From contig CAVTHK010000013.1 in the NCBI GenBank assembly GCA_963734495.1, positions 256,001 through 320,000 on the forward strand: a DNA stretch of 64,000 nt, given 5' to 3'. This document shows, piece after piece, positions 58,309-64,000 of the stretch (position 1 is its first letter; each line of letters opens with the position of its first letter). The notes under the pieces are model-generated. The model ran no database searches and had not been told where the DNA came from. It saw only the letters and a program-made list of their open reading frames with translations. The translations under genes were made by a program, and so were the position numbers. This DNA comes from an uncultured Spirochaetota bacterium (GTDB lineage: Bacteria > Spirochaetota > Spirochaetia > SZUA-6 > CAVTHK01).

Positions 58309-59706
58309 ATGGACATCCGCTTTGTGGGCGCGGCCGGCAGCGTGACCGGCTCGAGCACTCTCGTCGAGGCTGGAAAGCTCCGCATCCTGGTCGACTGCGG
58401 GTTCTTTCAGGAGCGCCGGATGCAGGAGCGCAACTGGGCTCCGTTCCCGTACAATCCGCGCGAGCTCGGCGCGGTGCTCCTCACCCACGCCCACCTGGAC
58501 CACTGCGGCCTGCTGCCCAAGCTGGTCAAGGCCGGCTTCAGGGGGCCCATTTACTGCACGGCCGCGACCGCCGAGATAGCGCGCATCGTCCTCGCCGACT
58601 CGGCCAGGCTCCAGGAGGAAGACGCGGAGTTCAAGAGGAAGCGCCACGCGAAGGAGGGCCGCAAGAGCCCCTACCCCGAGGTGCCGCTCTACACGACCGC
58701 GGACGCCGAAGCGGTCTCCTCGCACTTCACGCCGGTGACGCTCGGCGAGCCCACAAAGGTCGGTGAGGGCGCCGAGGCGACGTTCGTGGAGGCGGGCCAC
58801 ATCTTCGGGGCCACGTCCATCAGGCTCGAGGCGGGCGTGAACGGGCAGAGGCGCAGCATCGCATTCTCCGGCGACCTCGGCCGATGGGACCGCCCCATCA
58901 TCGACGACCCGGTCCTCATCGAGCAGGCGGACTACGTCGTCATGGAGTCGACCTACGGCGACCGCGAGCACGACGACGGCGACATCGCGGAGACGCTGGC
59001 GCAGGCGGTCGCCGAGACGTGGAAGCGAGGCGGCAACCTCGTGATCCCCAGCTTCGCGCTGGAGCGGGCCCAGGAGCTTCTCTACTATTTCAACGAGCTG
59101 CTGCTCGCCGACCGCATCCCTCACCTCTTCGTCTTTCTCGACAGCCCGATGGCGATCAAGGTGCTCGACGTCTTCGAACGGCACACCGAGCTCTTCGACC
59201 GGGACATGCAGGAGCTCGTGCGCAGCGGCAGGTCGCCCTTCCAGTTCCCGGCCCTCAAGCTCGTGTCGACTTCGGACGAGTCCAAGGCTCTCAACCATCT
59301 GCGGGGGACCATGGCGGTCATCGCGGGCGCCGGGATGTGCACGGGCGGCCGTATCAAGCACCACCTCGCCCACAACATCGAGCGGCCGGAGAGCACCATC
59401 CTGTTCGTCGGCTACCAGGCCGAGGGGACGCTCGGCCGCGAGATCCTCGAGGGCGCGAAAGAGGTGCGCATCCACGGCCAGAAGCAGCCCGTCCGCGCGG
59501 CGGTGCATCGCATCGGCGGCCTGTCGGGCCACGCGGACAGGCGGGAGCTCGTGCGCTGGCTGCGCGGATTCCGCAAGCCCCCCCGCGGCCTCTTCCTGAA
59601 CCACGGCGAGCAGAAGGCGCTCGCAGCGCTGCGCGACTACGTCAAGTCGCAGGTCGGCCTCTCGGCGACGATCGCCCCTTCGCTTCAGCGCGTCACGCTC
59701 GACTAG
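58309..59706 (+). CDS. MBL-fold beta-CASP ribonuclease
   Basis: GAAGSVTGS, THAHLDH, AGHIFG, MESTYG, GMCTGGRI, LSGHAD, HGE. Confidence 0.92.
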   Translation: MDIRFVGAAGSVTGSSTLVEAGKLRILVDCGFFQERRMQERNWAPFPYNPRELGAVLLTHAHLDHCGLLPKLVKAGFRGPIYCTAATAEIARIVLADSARLQEEDAEFKRKRHAKEGRKSPYPEVPLYTTADAEAVSSHFTPVTLGEPTKVGEGAEATFVEAGHIFGATSIRLEAGVNGQRRSIAFSGDLGRWDRPIIDDPVLIEQADYVVMESTYGDREHDDGDIAETLAQAVAETWKRGGNLVIPSFALERAQELLYYFNELLLADRIPHLFVFLDSPMAIKVLDVFERHTELFDRDMQELVRSGRSPFQFPALKLVSTSDESKALNHLRGTMAVIAGAGMCTGGRIKHHLAHNIERPESTILFVGYQAEGTLGREILEGAKEVRIHGQKQPVRAAVHRIGGLSGHADRRELVRWLRGFRKPPRGLFLNHGEQKALAALRDYVKSQVGLSATIAPSLQRVTLD

Positions 59707-59714
59707 CGGCGGAA

Positions 59715-59850
59715 CTGGGCGCGTCCCCGCCTGGGCCGGCGTCCTTGCGGGGCGGGGACCAGGCTGCTCCGGGCTTCGGTCCTCGCCTTGCCAGGCTCGG
59801 ACCACGCCCGGCCTACGGCCGGGCGTGCCCTGCGCATCCTTCGCGCGGGG
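59715..59850. repeat. Multi-hairpin intergenic element (terminator or REP-like)
   Basis: Perfect hairpin cacgcccggcc-tac-ggccgggcgtg (59803-59827) plus neighbouring stems (gtccccgcc/ggcggggac, ggtcc/ggacc). Confidence 0.5.
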
Positions 59851-60043
59851 AGCGGCAGGCGGGTCGACGCGCCCCAACGACCGCAAGGGTGCGCTTCCGT
59901 CCGGAATCCCGCTGAAACAGCCGACAATCTACCTATGGGAACCGGGAGGCCGACCGGTTGACGAAAGAAAGTGCGCAGGATATCGTCGTGCTACAATCAA
60001 GCTTGACGCCTTGGCTGACGGCTACGTATTTTCCAGGAATAAG

Positions 60044-61153
60044 ATGAAAATTGGTGGAATACTCGCGGCGGCGTTGATGGCGGCGGGCACGATGGTGCAC
60101 GCCGAGGAGCCGCGGAATGAGAAGGTCCTCTTCAACTCCGAGAGGTTCGAGACGCCCGAGCTGGGGCGGCTGCGAAAGCTCTACAACTACGACGAGATGA
60201 TCTCGAAGGGCTCCACCGAGCTCGAGCAGATGCTGCTGCTCAAGAACTGGGTCTTCCGCAACGTGCCGTACCGCCACAACTACGACCTTTCGTACATGCA
60301 CGACAGCCTCGACATCCTCGGCCTCGCCACGTCGGGCGTCGGCTTCCTGTGCACGCAGTTTTCCACCGTGTACACCCAGCTCGCCGTGTCGATGGGCTGG
60401 ACTGCCCGCTACATCTTCAACCGCGACCGCAACGGCAACGAGCACTCGACCAACGAGATCTGGTCAAACCAGCTCGGAAAGTGGGTCTATATCGACGTGA
60501 CATGGAACCTGCACGTCGAAAAGAGCGGAGTGCCCCTCTCGGCGCTGGAGTTCCGCCGCGAGGTGCTGGCAAACGGCGGCCGCAACGTCGTCTTCGTCTT
60601 CGGCGCCGGCGCCAACGAGGCGCGCTACACCACGGCGCAGTTCCCCATCAAGCGCAAGGACAACCTCGCGTGGCAGGAGTGGCCGCTCGACGACTTCTAC
60701 CTGGGCTACACGTGGGAGATGGCCTGGATCGGACGGAACGACTTCTTCAGCAACGATTTCCTGTTCTGGGACAACATCCTGGTCTACCGCGACGACGCCA
60801 ATGAGGACGACGATACCTGGGGCTTCCGGCTCCAGCCTGACGCCGACGCCTCCACCCTCTATCACGACGTGAACCGGGTGGACATCCAGCTCTCCGCACG
60901 CGACGCCAGGGTGGCGACGGTCAAGCTCGACGCTTCGGGACCGCGGAACATAACGCCCAACTTCAAGGAGTTCCTGGTGCGGGTGAACGGGGGCGACTGG
61001 AAGGCGCTCAACGGCGACACGCTCTCCGTGGGCGTCACGGGGCCCAACGTCACGATCCAGGCGCGGGTGCGAAACAAGTTCGGCGTGCTCGGGCCGGTTA
61101 CGACGCGCGTCCTGCGGCCCTACGCGCAGCCGTTCACGGGCGTGCGGCCGTAA
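60044..61153 (+). CDS. Secreted transglutaminase-like domain protein
   Basis: Signal peptide; putative triad C (FLCTQF), H (EHSTNEIW), D (WVYIDVT). Confidence 0.75.
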   Translation: MKIGGILAAALMAAGTMVHAEEPRNEKVLFNSERFETPELGRLRKLYNYDEMISKGSTELEQMLLLKNWVFRNVPYRHNYDLSYMHDSLDILGLATSGVGFLCTQFSTVYTQLAVSMGWTARYIFNRDRNGNEHSTNEIWSNQLGKWVYIDVTWNLHVEKSGVPLSALEFRREVLANGGRNVVFVFGAGANEARYTTAQFPIKRKDNLAWQEWPLDDFYLGYTWEMAWIGRNDFFSNDFLFWDNILVYRDDANEDDDTWGFRLQPDADASTLYHDVNRVDIQLSARDARVATVKLDASGPRNITPNFKEFLVRVNGGDWKALNGDTLSVGVTGPNVTIQARVRNKFGVLGPVTTRVLRPYAQPFTGVRP

Positions 61154-61190
61154 GCAGTCGCGGGCGGCGGGGCGCCGCCCTTCAACCTTT

Positions 61191-64000
61191 TCAATACTCC
61201 AGAACGATCCGCAGTGACGCAAGGCCGCGGCCGGGGACGCGGATGGAGACGGAACCGCCGTCGACGGCGGCCGCCGCGAGCCTGCGCTCCAGCAAGTCCA
61301 CCTGCTCGGCCGAGCGGATGCGTCCGAGAAGCGGAGCCGGCTCGACGCGCGCCACGGTCTCCTGTTCCGCGGGGTTGCAGAACCGCAGGATCAGCGCCTC
61401 GCCGTCCTCCGACCGCTTCAAGCCGCTCAGGACCGCGCCTTCGACGCGCAGGAACGAGGAGGAAGGCGGCAGGCGGCCCGGGCGGCTCGCGGTGCTCACC
61501 ACCGCGAGCTCCGTGTCGAACGCGGCAGCGGACCGGGCGACGGCCGCGCAGTCGAGCGACCCGGCGACGCAGGCGAGGCCGCAGCGCACCTCGTGCTGCC
61601 CGATCTCCGGCAGGGGGTCGGGCTCGAAGCTGCCGCGGATCAGCGTCAGCGCGAGGATGCCGTCGCGGAACGAGTGGCCGTGCTTGCAGTCGTTGTACAG
61701 CACGCAGGCGATTCGACGGCCGCGAGGCCCGGCCTCGACCGCGGCCCAGCGCAGCGCCGGGACCTCCTCGCCGCGGGCGAGCGAGCGCTCGAGCGCTCCG
61801 AACGGGATCTCGTAGACGGCGCGCGGCCGCGCCTCCGCTCCCGCAAAGGCCAGCGGGAGGGCGAGGCGCAGGACCGGGGTGCCGGCATCGCGGCTGCCGC
61901 GCTCCAGCCAGACGGCTTGCAGCCTGAGGTGCAGCCTCGGGTCACCGGCCCGCAGCTCGTACACGAGCCGCAGCTCGGACGCGGCCACGCGCATCGAGAC
62001 GGCGAGCGAGGCCACGTAAGGTCCCGCGGCGAGGCGCTCGATCTTCGTCACGACGGGCGCCGCCGCTGCGCCGGTGTGCTCGATCTCCCAGGCGCTCATG
62101 GGCCGCGCGCGCTCGACCGCGTACTGCAGGATCGAGGCGGCCCCTTCGACGAGCACGACGCCGCTCGGCACGTGCGCCAGGCGACGGATGCCGCCGCCGT
62201 TCGGATCGACCTCCAGGCTCAGGTGCTCGTTCTCGAGACCCTCGACGCCGCGCTCGTAGACGGCGTAGCGGCAGGGGTGGACGAATCCGAGCTGCCGCGC
62301 CGTCGATTGCGTCGCCGCAGCCTGCGCCAGGTCGGACCGGGGCTCCGGCTCGGTCTGCGCGGCGAGCGCCGGCACCGGCTTCTCCCGGAGGAACCAGCGG
62401 CTGTACCCGAGGCCCGGGACGGTCGCCGGAAACGCCACGCGCTGGAAACGATGCCCCCAGTACGTGCCGCGCTCGAGGACCTGGGCTCGGGCAAGCGAAC
62501 CGTCGGGCCCCTCAGCGTCGAGCTCGACGGAGTCGGGGCTCTCCCAGCCCCAGCCGGGATCCCAGACGGCAGCCTCGACGATTTCCTCGCGCTCAGCCTC
62601 CGTCGTGTTGAAGATCACCAGCGGATGGACTCCCGTGCCCGCGTCGGCCGCGTAGCTGCTCAGGCCGCCGTCGGCCGACCCGTGTCCCGCGCCGGAGCCG
62701 GGCGCCGTCGGCGCAAGGGCCGCGGGCAGGTCCGTCTCCGCCCCCTGCGTGTCGCTGGTGTCGACGAGCCCGGCGATCGCGCGGAGCGCCCGCGTCCCGG
62801 CCGAGGCCGTGAACGCCACGACCTGCTGGTACAGGCCGTGCGCGTAGGTGCGGGTGTCGCGCACGCCGGAGCCGGGCAGGATGTCGTGGAAATGACTGAA
62901 CAGAGCGTCCCGCCAGGCCTGCTCGAGGCCGTCGGCCGGGTAAGGGACGCCTGCGACCCGCTCGCCGAGCAGGCAGGCGGCCTCGGCGTCGGCGAGGCGC
63001 TTCTCCGCGAAGCGGTTGGACTTCTTGATGAGCGTCTGCGTCGTGTAGCAGCCGGTGAACTCGAAGTTCAGCTCCCCCTCCAGGACGGGCAGGCGCGCGC
63101 CTTCGGCTTCGAGCCGCTCGAAGAACTGCTTCGCCGTCGCGAAGACGAGCTTCGGGAAGACCGGCCACTCCGCCATGTCGAGGAGAACCGCGAGATCGCG
63201 CCGCGTCGGACCGCCGCCGTGGTCGCCGACGCCGTAGACGAACATCGTAAATTGAAGGCCGGCTTCCCGCCTGAACGGCACCAGGCTGTGGGACACGACC
63301 TGCGGTCCGATGACGCCGTTGTAGCCGAGCGCGCGGTCGTTGCGCACCAGCACGCGCGAGCCGTCCGCCGCCGCCCACCAGAACGCGCCGGGCACGTCCG
63401 GCCTGCCGTGGACGCCGGGACGATGCAGGTAGAGGTAGCGCACGCCGCCCTGCGCGAGGTAGGTCGGCACGGTTGCCGCGTGGCCGAACGTGTCGGGCGA
63501 CCAGTCGATGGGCACGTCTTCGGGCGCGAGCCCGAAGAGGCGCTGCATGTAGCGCCGCGTGTAGAGGAGGTGCCGGCAGAGGCTCTCGCCCGAGACCATG
63601 TTCTTGTCCGTCTCGACCCAGTGGGACGCGGTCACCTCCCAGCGTCCCTCGCGCACCCGCCTCTGCACCTGCTCGAGCAGGTCGGGGCGGTAGCGCTCGA
63701 GGATCGCGTAGACGCTCGCCTGGCTCTGGCTGAAGGTGAGCTGCGGGAACTCCTCCATCAGCCGCAGCACCGTCGTGAGCGTGTCGATGGTCACCGAGAC
63801 CGTCTCCGGCCACGACCACATCCAGTTCATGTCGATGTGGGCGTGGCCCACGCAGTAGACCGTGCAGGCTTTTGCCGCCTCGCCGATCGGCGCCATCAGC
63901 CGTTCCGCCTCGCGAACCGCGTCGCGCACTCGCGCCGCGTCGCCGCGCTCGGCCGCGGCTTCGACCACCGACGACGCCTTGTCGACCAGCTCGAGCCACT
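61191..64000 (-). CDS. Alpha-mannosidase, GH38 (5' end outside window)
   Basis: GHAHIDMNWMW, WSPDTFGH, YGVGDHGGGPT, FHDILPGS. Confidence 0.92.
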   Translation of the reverse strand, partial: WLELVDKASSVVEAAAERGDAARVRDAVREAERLMAPIGEAAKACTVYCVGHAHIDMNWMWSWPETVSVTIDTLTTVLRLMEEFPQLTFSQSQASVYAILERYRPDLLEQVQRRVREGRWEVTASHWVETDKNMVSGESLCRHLLYTRRYMQRLFGLAPEDVPIDWSPDTFGHAATVPTYLAQGGVRYLYLHRPGVHGRPDVPGAFWWAAADGSRVLVRNDRALGYNGVIGPQVVSHSLVPFRREAGLQFTMFVYGVGDHGGGPTRRDLAVLLDMAEWPVFPKLVFATAKQFFERLEAEGARLPVLEGELNFEFTGCYTTQTLIKKSNRFAEKRLADAEAACLLGERVAGVPYPADGLEQAWRDALFSHFHDILPGSGVRDTRTYAHGLYQQVVAFTASAGTRALRAIAGLVDTSDTQGAETDLPAALAPTAPGSGAGHGSADGGLSSYAADAGTGVHPLVIFNTTEAEREEIVEAAVWDPGWGWESPDSVELDAEGPDGSLARAQVLERGTYWGHRFQRVAFPATVPGLGYSRWFLREKPVPALAAQTEPEPRSDLAQAAATQSTARQLGFVHPCRYAVYERGVEGLENEHLSLEVDPNGGGIRRLAHVPSGVVLVEGAASILQYAVERARPMSAWEIEHTGAAAAPVVTKIERLAAGPYVASLAVSMRVAASELRLVYELRAGDPRLHLRLQAVWLERGSRDAGTPVLRLALPLAFAGAEARPRAVYEIPFGALERSLARGEEVPALRWAAVEAGPRGRRIACVLYNDCKHGHSFRDGILALTLIRGSFEPDPLPEIGQHEVRCGLACVAGSLDCAAVARSAAAFDTELAVVSTASRPGRLPPSSSFLRVEGAVLSGLKRSEDGEALILRFCNPAEQETVARVEPAPLLGRIRSAEQVDLLERRLAAAAVDGGSVSIRVPGRGLASLRIVLEY

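Overview
Very GC-rich bacterial chromosomal window. It is most likely from a Spirochaetia-type organism, inferred from an FMN-riboswitch/BMP riboflavin-type ABC operon, a small secreted beta-barrel-like protein and A-x-G-x-x-E type signal peptides on sugar-binding proteins. Most genes serve carbohydrate use: three sugar ABC systems, GH2, GH42, two GH31, GH38, two FGGY kinases, ribokinase and eda. It also holds an mtnP-mtnA-class II aldolase cluster, an hgcC-like/arsM pair, and a SAM methyltransferase next to a hybrid kinase. Two things stand out. (1) A circularly permuted cofactor-independent phosphoglycerate mutase-like gene at about 20.7-22.2 kb has its own promoter and intact metal and phosphoserine residues. 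(2) A shattered, partly inverted type I R-M locus at 1.3-4.1 kb survives only as an intact AbiE type IV toxin-antitoxin pair. Many genes between about 10 and 50 kb are split by frameshifts, probably sequencing or assembly indels. No CRISPR array, rRNA, tRNA, integrase or transposase was recognised. All family calls come from motif recognition by eye, not from database searches.
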